Source of the DNA: Azolla caroliniana
Lineage: Eukaryota; Plantae; Polypodiophyta
Assembly: GCA_043228905.1 (NCBI GenBank)
Contig: JBHGNT010000018.1
Location: forward strand, 14,074,001 to 14,138,000
DNA length: 64,000 nt
Reading direction: 5' to 3'
Shown: one piece after another, positions 1-13,023 of the stretch
Position numbering within the stretch: the stretch's first letter is position 1
Layout: each line of letters starts with the position of its first letter
Program-made: the position numbers and the translations under genes
Notes under the pieces: generated by a model
Seen by the model: the letters and a program-made list of their open reading frames with translations, nothing else
Databases searched by the model: none
Told to the model about the DNA's origin: nothing

Positions 1-2729
1 TGAGGTTTGCTTGGTCTCTTTGTCGCACACATTTACTTTTGTCTTCATGCTTTGCTTGACCTCTTCCTTGTTTCACACATTGTCTTTAACCCTTGCTTCC
101 TCACCACCATCGTCCTTCGCTTGGGTCTTACATCGATTAATGCCCAAGTCTCTCAAACGAGTGTGGAGGACTTTTGTAGTTTGGCATTGCCTTTGTCATG
201 CTACTCTTTGCCACTTCCACCTTATGGTTGTTTGTGTTGGCGTTGATCTTTGTTTTCTCACCACCACCTTCCGTCTCTTAGGTCTTACATCGGTTAATGC
301 CCAAGTCTCAAGAACCTTTGTGGGGAGAGTTTCTTCATCATCGTCGTCTACCCTCTTCGGTTTGACGTCTCCCTCTTCTTCACATGTGTTAGCTTCGGCC
401 TTCACTTCCTCGCCGCCATCGTCCTTCTCTTGGGTCTCACGTTTTCTTTTTGATGCAACTACCCAAGTCTCTAGAACAAGTGGAGAAAATCTCGACACGG
501 CCATCCGCCATTGACTCATCCATAGCCATCTCTAACTCGATGTCATTTTTCGTGGCTATCTCTTTAGACTCATAGGCCTCGTACCCATTGATCCTCTTGA
601 TCGAGCAAGCCTCGATTATTCTTCCCTCTTCTTTGCATGTGTTAGTTCTGGCCTTCACTTCCTCGCCGCCACCTTCCGTCTCTTGGGTCTCACGTTGCCT
701 TTTCGACGCAACTGCCCAAGTCTCTAGAATAAGTGTGGAGAAAGTCTCGACACGGCCATCCGCCATTGACTCGTCCTCAGCCACCTTTGACTCGATGTCA
801 TTTTTCAGGGCTATCTCCGCAATCAAATAGGCCTCACACTTTTTATTTCCCATGATCATGCAAGCTTTGCTCATGCTTGCACCTTCATCACTTGATGTTT
901 CAGACACGATGCGTGTTCTGAGACATTTATCCTCACTTGAAGTTACATTCGCCACCCTCAATTCATTGGTTTCTTTCTTCGTCATTCTTTCTTTGCAAGA
1001 TGAGAAGGTCTCTTGTTCCACACCTTCTTCCGTGGTGACATCGTGGTACCGAACCTGGGTCTTTGTATCAACCGTAACATTAATCCACATTTGTTGGGAG
1101 GCCTCTTCTTCCTCGCTCATCATTTGCTTTAGTTTTTGCTCCTTTTGAAGCTTCTCTTCAGCCTCAACTTGCGCCTTTAAGTTCTCGAATGCCTCTTCCA
1201 TCAAGACTTCTATGTCGAGTACTGTTGATACTTCCCTCTTCAAGCTCTCTTCTTTAGGTGGTAGTTTGTAGTTGCTTCCCATCCTCCTTTCACCATCCGT
1301 CATGGGTTGTGTTGTTGCCGATGAGAATCTTGTCTTCCTCGTATCATGCAATTGACATACTCTTTCCACTTTCGTCCTATCCTCGGTGGGGCCATTTGCA
1401 CCATCATCATCCTCAAGTCGGATTTCAATGGCCTTCCTTTCCTTCCGATCGATTGACTTCACAAACATTATGACTTTTTCCACCCCCACCAATCTTTGAT
1501 CCCGCCCCGAGAGTTGTGCAAAGCGTCACTCGAACTCAACGAAAGCATGCATGGCACATTGGTGGGTATTTAATGATAATACCCATTGATCAAACTCGTA
1601 TAGTTTGCATCTCTTCGGTTCTTTGTATCTATATGCCTCCATGAGATATCCTCCTACCGCCTCGATTCACGTCGGGTTCACCAAATATGTCGCGAAAATA
1701 CGACGAGGATATGTGAACTTTGAGGCAAGACCCCGGGGCCTCCGACCGGAAGATATCAAATTCGTATGTTTATATTAAACAATTAATGGAAAATGAGAAA
1801 GATTAACAAATTTCATTACTAAATAGAAAAGAAAAATTACAATCAATCCCAAGATTGGGATTACAAAAGATTTATCTTAAGGAGACTACTAGAATAATAG
1901 ATTAGAAGAAACTAAGATATGGATTCAATAGAGATTTAGGGTTCTTGGCTTTGATAAGAGATTATGGTTTTATGAGTTGAATAGCTTCCGTATAAAAATT
2001 TTAGGGTTTTTTGAGTGTTATGGCTTCGATAACATAAGGGAGCTAAGAAGGAAAAGAAAATAAAAAATATGGAGAGAGGATGAGTGTAGGAAAAAAAATG
2101 GAATATATATGGAGTTCTCCGTTGATCATAGCCTTTCCACTTTTTGTTGCATGGCCTCTACTTTTAGTTGCATAGCTTTTCCTTTTAGTTGCATCTATTT
2201 TTAGTTGCATGGCTTTTTCTTTTAGTTGCATACGACCGTCCACATGACCTTTACTTTAGTTTTCTTCACTTCACTTTAATTAGCCACGTGATCGTGTTAT
2301 CCGTTCGGTTTGCGTCCAGCCTCGTCCGATCGCCGATTGTCGCCGCCTCATTGGCTCCGCCGCCAGTTCTAGTTTGCTTACCGGCGGGTTCCGGTTTTGC
2401 TTACCGACGGGTTCCGATTTTGCTTATCGGCCTGGTTCCGATTTTGCTTACCGGTTGGGTTTTGGTTTTGCTTCCAATTTTTGGGAACTTGGCCACCATC
2501 ATCCATCAAGACAAAGTGGCCAAAGTGCTCTTAACACAAATGAAAATGAGGGGTCTCAAGGTGCTTATATAGCTAGAGCCTTAAGTTTCCTATCTATGTG
2601 GGATAAATCATAGTTCTATTTTCCCTATCTTCTCAAACATCTATCTTTTTCTATAACATGTCATTAAGCTAATATAAAGTACTTATTTTATTATTTATTT
2701 ATTTACATAATGTGAAGATTCACACGACA
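1..2729 (-). mobile_element. Pol-less (as far as visible) tRNA-Trp-primed Ty3/gypsy-type LTR element: 5' LTR 1688-2729, PBS, gag-like ORF with reiterated acidic units; runs off the window's left edge
   Basis: LTR termini TGTCG...CGACA (1688/2729). PBS at 1662-1683 matches the plant tRNA-Trp 3' end. ORF 437-1492 is homologous to 45226-46071 and to the gag at 51279-52445 (EKVxxFxRS...GLxEDW). Confidence 0.8.
437..1492 (-). pseudogene. gag-derived ORF with repeated acidic (E/D-rich) units
   Basis: N-terminal VGVEKVIMFVKSIDRKERK...GPTEDRTKVERVC aligns by eye with the gag at 51279. The unit 'MADGRVETFSTLILETW...ETQE..GGEEVK' recurs downstream. Confidence 0.65.
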
Positions 2730-4962
2730 CCAGTGGGAGGAATTTTTGACTCACTTCGACTTTGTCATCATATATCGCCCCGGGATGCTGCACGGCAAAG
2801 AAAATGCTCTTTCTCGATGCTCTTATATGGAACTACGTCTAGGGGAACCTACATTTGAGCATCAAAAACAAATCCTTTTGGGTCCTAATCACCTACGATT
2901 AATGGTAGTTAATGCCCTAATAACACTTGAAGATTCCATTCGAGATCATATAGTCGTTGATGAATTTGTCAAGGATGTTTTGGATCATATCATCGCGGAT
3001 CATGCTTCTTGGTCACAGTTGAAAAACCCTGCTAATGATTATCATCAGTTCTATTGGCATGGTGGTTTTCTATTTCGACTAAACCTATTGTATGTTTCTG
3101 ATGATCCCCCATGACTACAAGTTTTAGAACATTGCCATGACTCACCAATGGTTGGATATTTTGGAGTTCGTAGAACTGTAGAATTGGTCTCTCGAAAATA
3201 TTGGTGGCCTCACCTTCGTCATTTTGTTGAGGAGTATGTTCGCAATTGTGATACATTGTGTAGATCAAAGAGTCCTCGACACCAACCCTATGGTTTACTA
3301 CAACCATTTCCCATTCCGGAAAATCCTTGGAAGTCTATCTCCTTGGATTTCATTACCGATCTTCCCGATTCAAAAGGTTTTGATGCAATTCTCATGGTGG
3401 TTGATTGACTTACCAAAATGGCACATTTCTTGTCATGTATGAAGTCTATTACTAGTCAAGAGGCGGTCGATCTAGTTATGCAAGAGGTATTTAAGCATCA
3501 TGGTCTTCCGGATGATATTATTAGTGATCGTGGTCCACAATTCATCTCAAAGTTTTGGAAGCACATGTTCAAACTTCTTTGAATTTTGGCTAAGCTTTCT
3601 TTGGGCTATCATCCTGAGACTAATGGTCAAATTGAGTGTACCAACCAGACTTTGGAGCAATATCTTCGTTGTTTCATTAACTACCAACAAGATGATTGGG
3701 TTGATTTTTTGCACTTGACTGAATTCACTTACAACAACTCAATCCATTCTTCTACAGGATATTCCCCATTTTTCGCAAATATGAGTTGTCATCCTCGGTG
3801 GACAATGAATGCGCATCCAGACATTCCTACCAACCCTACTGCTGAGGATCTTCTTAGTCGCCTCCAACAAATTCACACTACCATTCTCCATAATTTGCAT
3901 GATACTCAAGTTACACACAAGAGGCATGTGGATCGTCATCGCCTAGACTCCTCCAAAATGTTCTGTGTTGGGGATCGTGTATGGCTTCTCCACCACAACG
4001 TCAAGACCACTTGGCGTTGCTGTAAATTGGATTACCAACGTTTTGGCCCGTACATGATCACTGGTAAGATAAGTGATGTTGCATTTCGTCTTGAACTCCC
4101 TCCGCACATCCGTCTTCATCTAGTGTTTCATGTATCCCTTTTGGAACCTTACACCACAAGTTCAATTCCAGGCCATCTTACAACTCCTCCGTCACCTATT
4201 GAGTTCTTGGAAGGACCCGAATTTGAGGTTGTTGCCTGATTCTTGATTCTAAAATTGTGCGCAAAAAGTTGTATTACTTGGTTGATTGGTTAGGCTATAC
4301 CCCAAATGATCGAACTTGGGAACCTACAACAAATCTTTCCAATGTCGTGGTACCACATTTCATTGCCAATATCCTCATAAACCAGGTCCTAGTACAAACC
4401 CTATGACCCATGAGACATGTTGTTGAAAAAGAAGGATAGTGTCATCTTGATGACACTCATATTATGCCTTGAAAGGATTTGAACCCACGACCTTGCACAC
4501 ATATCAAATCCTTAACCATTGTCATAATATGCTTATATGTATAGTTGTTAGAATATATAATTTAATATCATAAGAATATTCTATCACTCTACATTCTAGA
4601 ATGACGTAGAATATTGTAGAGTGTTCTATATACTAGAACCTTCTAGAATACTCTAGAAACCTTCTACATTAATCTATACTCTAGAATGTCCTAGAATATT
4701 CTAGAGTGTTCTATATACTAGAACCTTCTAGAATACTCTAGAAACCTTTTACATTAATCTATACTCTAGAATGTCCTAGAATATTCTAAAGTGTTCTAGA
4801 TTACTCTACGGGAACTTATAAATAGGGATCTATCAATCATCCCAAAACCAAATTGGTTCAACGTCATTCTATAGCTCTCTTTTGCCTACTCTTTGTAATC
4901 CTTCTTACAATGCAATATAATACTCTCCTTTCAATTCTCTCTCTCTCTCTTCTTCTTCTTCT

Positions 4963-5035
<73 letters not shown>

Positions 5036-5037
5036 AA

Positions 5038-5039
<2 letters not shown>
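2730..5039 (+). mobile_element. 3' part of a Tcn1/Sushi-like chromovirus (RNase H end, integrase, chromodomain, PPT, 3' LTR 4440-5039)
   Basis: WEEFLTHFDF..YRPG; PWKSISLDFITDLP; YHPETNGQIE; GPY...VFHVSLLEPY; frameshifted chromodomain ([19 protein letters not shown]). Purine tract before TGTCA at 4440; TAACA at 5039. Confidence 0.88.
4596..4800 (+). promoter_or_regulatory. Heat-shock-element array (tandem ~85-bp units) in LTR U3
   Basis: Multiple nGAAnnTTCnnGAAn, e.g. aGAAccTTCtaGAAt at 4635-4649, in ~2.4 tandem 85-bp copies upstream of TATAAATA (4817). Confidence 0.7.

Positions 5040-5090
<51 letters not shown>
4936..5090. repeat. (CT)n/(CTT)n and (TA)n microsatellites
   Basis: Directly visible; (TA)n at 5041-5090 abuts the LTR end. 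Confidence 0.95.
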
Positions 5091-5093
<3 letters not shown>

Positions 5094-5345
5094 AAGTTTG
5101 CGAGTCTGAGTATCACACTTTGATACAATGCTCAGCCTTTGATCATATTCGACCATGTTTTCCACATCTCTTCGACCGAACCCAATCCTTGCACAAATTC
5201 CTCTCATAACCACAGTGTGCACTCTAGATTGCGACATTCATTCGTAAAGTTCTTGAACATCGAGAGTCACTACTCACTTTCACACATATCACGTGAAATG
5301 TAATATTTTTGGTCTCATAGGTCATATTTGACCTCTGAAGATGAT
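5091..5345 (+). mobile_element. Probable LINE 3'-end fragment (C-terminal Cys/His motif)
   Basis: Translation QVCESEYHTLIQCSAFDHIR resembles the E-x-H-x4-C motif at the end of LINE ORF2; flanked by microsatellites. Confidence 0.45.
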
Positions 5346-5902
5346 AATATAATCTCTCTCTCTCTCTCTCTCTTTGTCTTGAAAGCTTCCTTCTTTCAAG
5401 AAGGGTTGTCTATTTTGTTTTCCTAGTTGAAAATCTTTGCATATCTACTCAATCCTTAGGTTCTTGAACCTTGGCAGCATGCTCATTACATTGTCTCACA
5501 ATGTTGTGTTCAATATCTATGTGCCAATGTACCTATCTATTTGCACCACATGTCTACGTCTGTTACTGAATAGTTGTGCAAATATTGCACCCAACATCCT
5601 CTATTTCTTAACATCGAAAATGAATATCCCTCCTCTTCTTTATCTGGCCATTAACTTTCGTTTTCATTCAATAAAGCATTTGTTGTATGAGGAAATAAGT
5701 TAAACTAGGAATACCAAAAAGGTTGAATGATAAAGCAAAGAAGTGATAAGGAGGAAATATGATGAGTTAGTTAAGCAACTGGTAAGAACTTGTGCTATCA
5801 GTGATAAGTCAACCTAAAGATTAATTGAATGAATGAATGTAATGGTGAACATTACAATTAGATTTCTGTTAGAATCATGCACTAGAGAAAAAGTAGAGCA
5901 TG

Positions 5903-6090
5903 GAAGTGGGAAATGCATGCTAAAATAAAAAAGCACCCACTATTTCTATTTGGGAGAGAGCCTCTCGAATCCTATGAAAGGATGAAGAGAGCTCATTTCC
6001 AAGGGGGGAAAGAGAGACGAGGCAGAAGTGGAAGTGGGAAATGCATGCTAAAATAAAAAAACACCCACTATTTTTATTTGGGGAAGAGAG
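5903..6090. repeat. ~58-bp direct duplication
   Basis: gaagtgggaaatgcatgctaaaataaaaaa..cacccactatt at ~5903 and ~6031. Confidence 0.8.
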
Positions 6091-6821
6091 ACAAGGTGGA
6101 AGCACTACCGAAATCCAGAGAAAACTCAAGCATCACAAGTCAAATAGGGGTAAGATCAATAAGACAAAAGGTGATTTGTGAATAATTCTTCTTCATATAT
6201 TTCTATCTACTTATCCTTCTTTTTACCTTCATGAGCACTCCAAATGTAACGGAGCCAAGATTTTCTCATTTGATTTTGCTTATGAAATATTATTATAATA
6301 TACATTTTAATTAACTTGTGTGAATCCTTGTTTAAACTAATCATGTTCAAACAAGGAGCACGTGAGAATTTTCGGCATGAAATTCCTAACTTAGAGGAAA
6401 AAGTTACAAAAATTTGACAAGATCAACATTAAGTGTGTCCTCAAGCCATCCTAGCGGAAACTCATCATGTCAATATGAAGCCTTTTGTCATGACAATCAT
6501 GATTGATTTTTTGTATTTTAATTTCAACCTCTGAGTATGAAGTAGTTTCCTACCATCACACCAACCTGAGGTGACGTCCCATTCGCCGAATGACACCCTG
6601 CTCCCTATGAGGCTATAATTGAAATTTTTGAAAAGTAAACCATAAAATAAAAAAAGAAAGGAAAGGAAAAGAATAAAATAAAATAAATAAAACAAAAAGG
6701 GGGAGCAGGAGCCTTTGCCTTTGGACAAAGGCCCGCCCCGCCTTTCACCGTGCATATAAGTTGAACACTTGTTAAACTCGAGCACGTTCGACTCAAGAGC
6801 TCCATTTGAATCAAATTTTTA

Positions 6822-9800
6822 TGTTACAGGCATGACCATATAATATCCCGTGGTAAGATTGTATCGTAGTATTCTATACATGTGGATAAAGAGTGACGGT
6901 TAAAAGAGAGTGTAAAGAAGGGAAGGATTACTTTTAATTCTTGGGATTGAGACAACCCATTAAGGCTAAGTGTGAACTTGCTTGGGGGCCTTAGATCTAG
7001 CTATAAATATGAGGCCTAGTTACCCTCATTTGACACATTATCGACTACGTCGAGACTCTGTCCTTGTGGTGGATCCACTCTTGTAGCAAGCGCACAAGTA
7101 CCATGTACAACTCAACGACACGACGGCGGTATGGGACGCCGATCGAGGCTCCAATCCATCTCAATCCCTTTGCTCAGGGGCGGTCGAGTGGATCTGCACC
7201 CTTCTTTCTCTGTCTCCTCTCTTGTCTGTTTATCTATATTATCCTTATCATGTGCTTACATTAGTAGCTAGCTCTAACAGTTGATATCAAAGATTTATTC
7301 TAATTTTTCATTTGTTGATTGTTTTTTTTTGTTGGATGGTGATTGATCGATGTGCGTTCGAGGTTGATTCAGAAAGGAATTAACAAGAAAAATTCGGTAA
7401 CTCTTTCTAATTCTTTTCTATTCTTTCTTCTCCCAAGTTAATAATATATAGTCAATATGTGATTTGTTTTCATTGATTCAATTGTGTAATAGTGGTAATC
7501 TATTGGTTGTATGAAACATACATATGTATGCGTATGAGGTCAATACCTCGATTGCCATATATTTGATATACGATTTGTGTCGTATGCGTAAGAGGTCAAT
7601 ACCTCGGTGGCGTATTATGTTCACTTACATATGTTACGCATGTGTATGAGATCAATACCTCAATTGTATATATTGGATATGTGATTTGTGTCGTATGCAT
7701 AAGAGTTCAATACCTCAATTGCGTATTACATTCACCCTTATTTTCGATGTTTCATGTGCATAGAGGCTATATGCCTTGATTATGTATCTCGATTACATCA
7801 TTCATTGGCTATGTTATGTTAACAGTTCTTTAATATATGCATATGTAATCACATGTATACGTATGTGATCGTATACATGTGATAAACATACATATGTGAT
7901 ATTACTTGATCGATGGTTGTCTTTCGGCGTAAGGATCTTTTTGGGAGAATGGTGTAGTCACCATCCTTTTTTAACAATTTTTTGTAGTTGTTATCCCCGT
8001 TGATCACCTTGATCTTCTAATATATAATAATGAAACAAGCATAGCCAAGAGTATTAGGGCTTGATCCACTTCATGTGAGGTTGCTCCTATGTCACACGCA
8101 TCCAACATCCCTCCCTCGTTACATGGTTACGATGCCACCATGAGATCATCATTACGGAAGGCATTCGTAATGACGTAACCATGTGATTAGCCACATGAGC
8201 CTACTATGATTAAGAGGGCTTGTGTGTCTTGACCATTAGGTTGCACTTTGGGGTATATCATCGTAATGATGAGACTTGAGGTTGGGTAACGTGCCAACAT
8301 AAATTTATTGTTAACAAGGGGGAAATAGGGTTTCTAGACACATATGTTTTCTTTTAAAAAACATATATGGGAAAATGCCTTCACATATCTCGGGTATGCA
8401 TAACATTAAACATTCAAAAGGATCAAACCATTTGGTTAGCTCAAGTGTTTAATGTATTGGTTATCGAGGTCTCAAGTTCAAATATGACCAAGACCATACA
8501 ACATTATTGACACATATGATTATAAAGATGTTTAGACTTTAGGTCTAAGTGCACTTCAAGGTTCTCATAATAAGACTTAAAGGGCCGAAACCACGTGAGT
8601 GGGCACAGAGACATAGTTTATTGTTAACATTTTTACATGTATAAATTATTCATGACGCGAACATACATGGTTGAGCCTCGGGAAGACGCCATGAAAAAAT
8701 CGATATGGAGATCAGGGAAAGACATTCATTTGTCACCCCCATGGTTTTTAGAACGCCTTTGTATTACCATAGTAACCTTATCTTGAACCTCATCTCATAT
8801 GTCTAGAGGGGTATTGACATGAGATCATGATATCAATTCATGTTTGCCCATGACATGTTTACATCACGACATGATGTTATGACTATTTGTATGATCTTAC
8901 CCTATTTCTTTGCCAAAACTTATCATTCAATGCCCTGATGGCATCCGTCCAAGCAGAAGGAATTCAAGGAAATCCTCATGGGTGAATCCCCATTGAGTCA
9001 TATTTTTACAAATACAAAATTTCCATAATTCTACCTTGCATGAGATTTCCGAACCTCGGCAATCTCATAGTGCTCTCGAGGCATGTGTCATTAGTATACA
9101 ACGTGATACTTATAGACCTTCTGAGCGTCTAGGTGAATCATCATTTGTCATAAAGCCATTTACGCGAGAGAAAAAGGAAATAACCGAAGAAACAATCTAC
9201 ACGTGGCTGGGCCGATGGGAGTCTCATTTTGAGCTCTATCCCAAGATAGATAGTACAAAGATTGCATATGTTGGTCGAGTACTAGGGGGTAAGTTCGTTG
9301 CCTAGTGGCGTGGGCTCTGCACAACGAGGAAATTGCCTGATACCTTTGTCACAGTTTTCAAGGGTCAATTTCTGCAACCTCCATCTTGAACCGAGGCAAC
9401 ACAAGCTTTAATGAACCTCTCTAGCAGGAAGTTTTCCTTGCTAGAAGATTATGTTCACCATGCTAGAACCCAAATTCAAAAATTAAGTCTAGGAGGGGAC
9501 AATTGGTTGATAGCTTATTTTCTCAATGGCATCCCCAATTTTGACTATCATTGGATAGTGCATGATAAGGATCCCAATTCGGACTATCACCAAAATAGAA
9601 GTACAGAGACGAGATATTTATGTGGAAAACCCGAAAAGGGAAAAACCACAGGAGTCAACGAACTCCGAACTATATCACTATATAAGTAGGGTATATGATA
9701 AGAATCTCTAAGGCATTGACCTTGGGTTCTTCTTTGTCAGGCCGACGGTTGTGGAGGAGCCACTCACACACTCTCTTACTCTCACTTAGTTATCGAGTCA

Positions 9801-12800
9801 ACAACCAACAATAACTATATACCACAATAATTCACAAATGATTTTGCCCTAGTTGTATTTATACTAATACGACTTTTAGAGCTATTTACAACTATGTCCT
9901 ACTAAGGACACATCTATGCTATTTACAAATATAGCCTAGTCTGATTTGGCCAATTCGTCTATTTGCCGAATTGGTTATCGATAGGTTATGGTTCATTCGA
10001 TTTTTCGACCGGGCTATGCATCCGATCCAGCTTGTGCTTCCTTCCCATCTGGAGGGACTAGTTTTCCCAACATGTACTTGATCCGAACATTCACGTTTAT
10101 AATATTGATAGTGTCTCAGGTCATTTATCATATTTTGAACAACAACTCGATGAAATCTTAAATGATTTTCGTGATGTTTTTCCAAGTGAATTAACACATG
10201 GGTTACCTCCTAAATGTAATATGAACCATCGTATAGATATTGTATCTAGTGTTGCACCAATAAGCATATCTCCGTATCGCTTAAGTCGATCCGAAGAGGA
10301 GGAGGTATCTAAGAAACTGAAGGAATATTTATGAATGGGTCATATATGTTATAGTATATCTCCATGGGGTGCACATGTTCTGCTGGTAAAAAATAAAGAG
10401 GGCACATTGCGTATGTGTATTAATTACTACCGCTTGAATAAAATGACGATCAAGAATTAATATCCGTCGCCCAAGGTTGACGATCTAATTGACCATCTCC
10501 AGGGAGCTCAATATTTTACGAAACTTGACCTCTGTGCGAGTTACCATCAAATTTGTATAAGTGAGGAAGATGTTCCTAAAATGACATTTCGCACGCGTTA
10601 TGGGCATTACGAGTTTTTAATTATACTTTTTGGTTTGAATGTTGTGGCCACATTTCAAGAAGAAATGAATGACATCTTCTAAGAACAACTTGGAAAAATT
10701 GAGGTTATTTTCTTGGATGATATTCTAGTTTATAGTCGTACATTAGAAGAACATTGCGCAACAAGCAATTCTATGCGAAGATCTCAAAATGCAAGTTCTT
10801 CAAGAAATCAATTACTTATCTTGGACATCTCATAACTGAACGAGGAGTTGAAATTGATCCTTCTCGCATCGAGAAAGTCAAACTTTGGCCCACTCTTTGG
10901 AATATTCTAGAAGTTTGATCATTCCATGGTTTTGTGGGGTTTGTGAAAATCTCTTTGCAATTACTCTCAATTGACAACGCCATTTATTGATATTCTAAAA
11001 GGACAAACATGTAAGTCTACAAAACCTATTGTATGGATTGCTACACTAGACCTCGCCTTTAAGGAACTGAAGGACCAGGTGTGCAAGGCTCCTTCGCTTT
11101 TTCTACTAGATCCCTCAAAACCTTTTCAGGTTGAAATTGATGCAAACGATTATGCTATAGGTGTTGTCTTATATCAAGATGGTAAACCAATAGCATTTGA
11201 TAGTAAGAAACTTGATTCTGCTCAATGTCGATATACCATGCAAGAAAATGAATTATTTGTAGTTATTCATGTGCTAATGTCATGGTGCCATTATCTTTAT
11301 GGAAATCGTTGTGTGGTAACTATGGACCACGAGTGCTTGAAATATTTTTGTGACCAACAAGAACTTAAAGGTCATAAGGCACGATAGGCAGATCTCATCC
11401 AAGACTTTGATTTTTCCATAGGATATCGTAAAGGTTCCGTGAACATTGTGGCTAATGCATTGAGTCATATCCGTGATGTTAACATGCTTAGCTTCATTGA
11501 AATAACATCAGATCTTTATGATCACCTTCAAGGAAAGTATCCTGATTACAGTTATTTTGGAAAATACTATGCAAGAGTTGAGTTTGGAACAAACATCACC
11601 ACAACCTCAAAGGAATCCTTCCACATTGCTAACGATCTGCTCTACCGTAATGGGAAGGTTTGTGTTCTAGATTTTCCTGAGGTGAAAAAGAGAATACTTT
11701 TTGAATGCCATGATGCACCCTCAACAAGGCACCCTAGAATACATCACACACTTTTTCTCATCTCCACTCAATTTTACTGGCCTAAGATACATCCTGACAT
11801 ACATGGCTATGTGACTAAATGTTACCAATATAAGGTTAACAAAGCTGAGCGACTTAAAGCCGCTAGACTTTTACATCCCTTGGATTCCCAACAATAAGTG
11901 GTAAAGTATATACATGGATTTTATTGTTAGCCTTCCTCACATCCAAAAAGGCCATGATGCCATCTCGGTTGTGGTCAATAAAATAACTAAAATGGCCAGA
12001 TTTATTGCTACTAAAACCATGGTAACAACTCCTAAACTGCCTTACCAATTCGTTAATGAGTTATTTCGTTTTTATGGGTTACCGATGGATATCTTGAGTG
12101 ATCGAGATCCAAAGTTGACATTGTGCATGAGCTCCATGGATCATCCTCAATCCGATGGACAGGTAGAACGAGTAAATCAAATTATTGAGGACATGTTTCG
12201 AGCATACGTTGGTGCAAAACCGACAAAATGGGAACGTTATCTCCCAATTTTGGAGTTTTCTTATAACAACTCCAAGCATTTATCAACAGGATATAGTCCT
12301 TTTATGTTGCTGTATGGTTTTCAGCCACGAGACCTGATTGATGTTAATATACATTATGATGAGTTGCGAAGTACGCAAAAATTTCTTCGGGATATGCAAG
12401 ATATGCTTCATATTGGACGAGATAATATAAAAATAGCTGAAGATAGAGCGCGTTTTTATGCCAATCATAAGACTGAAGGTATGTTTGTGTGTACCTCACA
12501 ATTCTAAGACATTGTGTATGGGTAAGTGTGCTAAGTTAGCCCCATGGTTTTGTGGACCTTTGACAGTCCTCAAATGCATTTGTTCATCAGCCTATCGTGT
12601 CGCTCTTCTTGATGGCGTTGAAATCCATCCAGTTTTTCATGTAAGTCGTCTAAAAGAACTTCTTGGTTTTGGCGACAATTTGGTTACAACTGAAACTCTA
12701 GTTAATTCTGAGGAATTATCTTCTAAACCACATTTACTAGACAAAATTCTTGATGTTATCACGAAAATTTGTGTTCTAAAATAATCTGAGAATTTAAAAT

Positions 12801-13023
12801 TAAATGGATGGATATCTCAATACAAGATGCTACATGGGAACGAGAAAATACTCTTGAAACTAACTTCCTGAACTTTCAATTTCAAGAGTGCAATGCTTTA
12901 AAGAGGGGTAGTATGTTACAAGCATGACCATATAATATTTTGTGGTAAGATTGTACCATAGTATTCTATACATGTGCATAAAGTGTGAGGGTTAAACAGT
13001 GTAAAGAAGGGAAGGATTACTAT
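6822..13023 (+). mobile_element. Decayed iMet-primed Ty3/gypsy chromovirus (5' LTR 6822-7279, gag, RT, RH, INT, chromodomain, truncated 3' LTR from 12914)
   Basis: TGTTA...TAACA LTR. Degenerate PBS TGATATCAAAG. RT (FLDDILVYS), RH (DANDYAIG..DSKKL), INT (HPQSDGQVE), chromodomain (IKWMD..DATWE). PPT AAGAGGGGTAG precedes the second LTR copy. Confidence 0.9.
9590..10072 (-). mobile_element. Copia LTR fragment nested in the chromovirus gag/pol
   Basis: Shares tggaaaaccc..gggaaaaacc motif and ...ttcccaaca terminus with LTRs at 17472-18020 and 38255-38908; left boundary approximate. Confidence 0.75.

Noticed and set aside
4853-5237. ORFs with LSLS/YIYI/RERE runs
   Set aside because: Translations of microsatellites.
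7530-7790. Palindromic repeats with regular spacing, CRISPR-like
   Set aside because: Spacers are related to each other (dimeric tandem repeat), it lies in a retrotransposon UTR, the context is eukaryotic and there are no cas genes.
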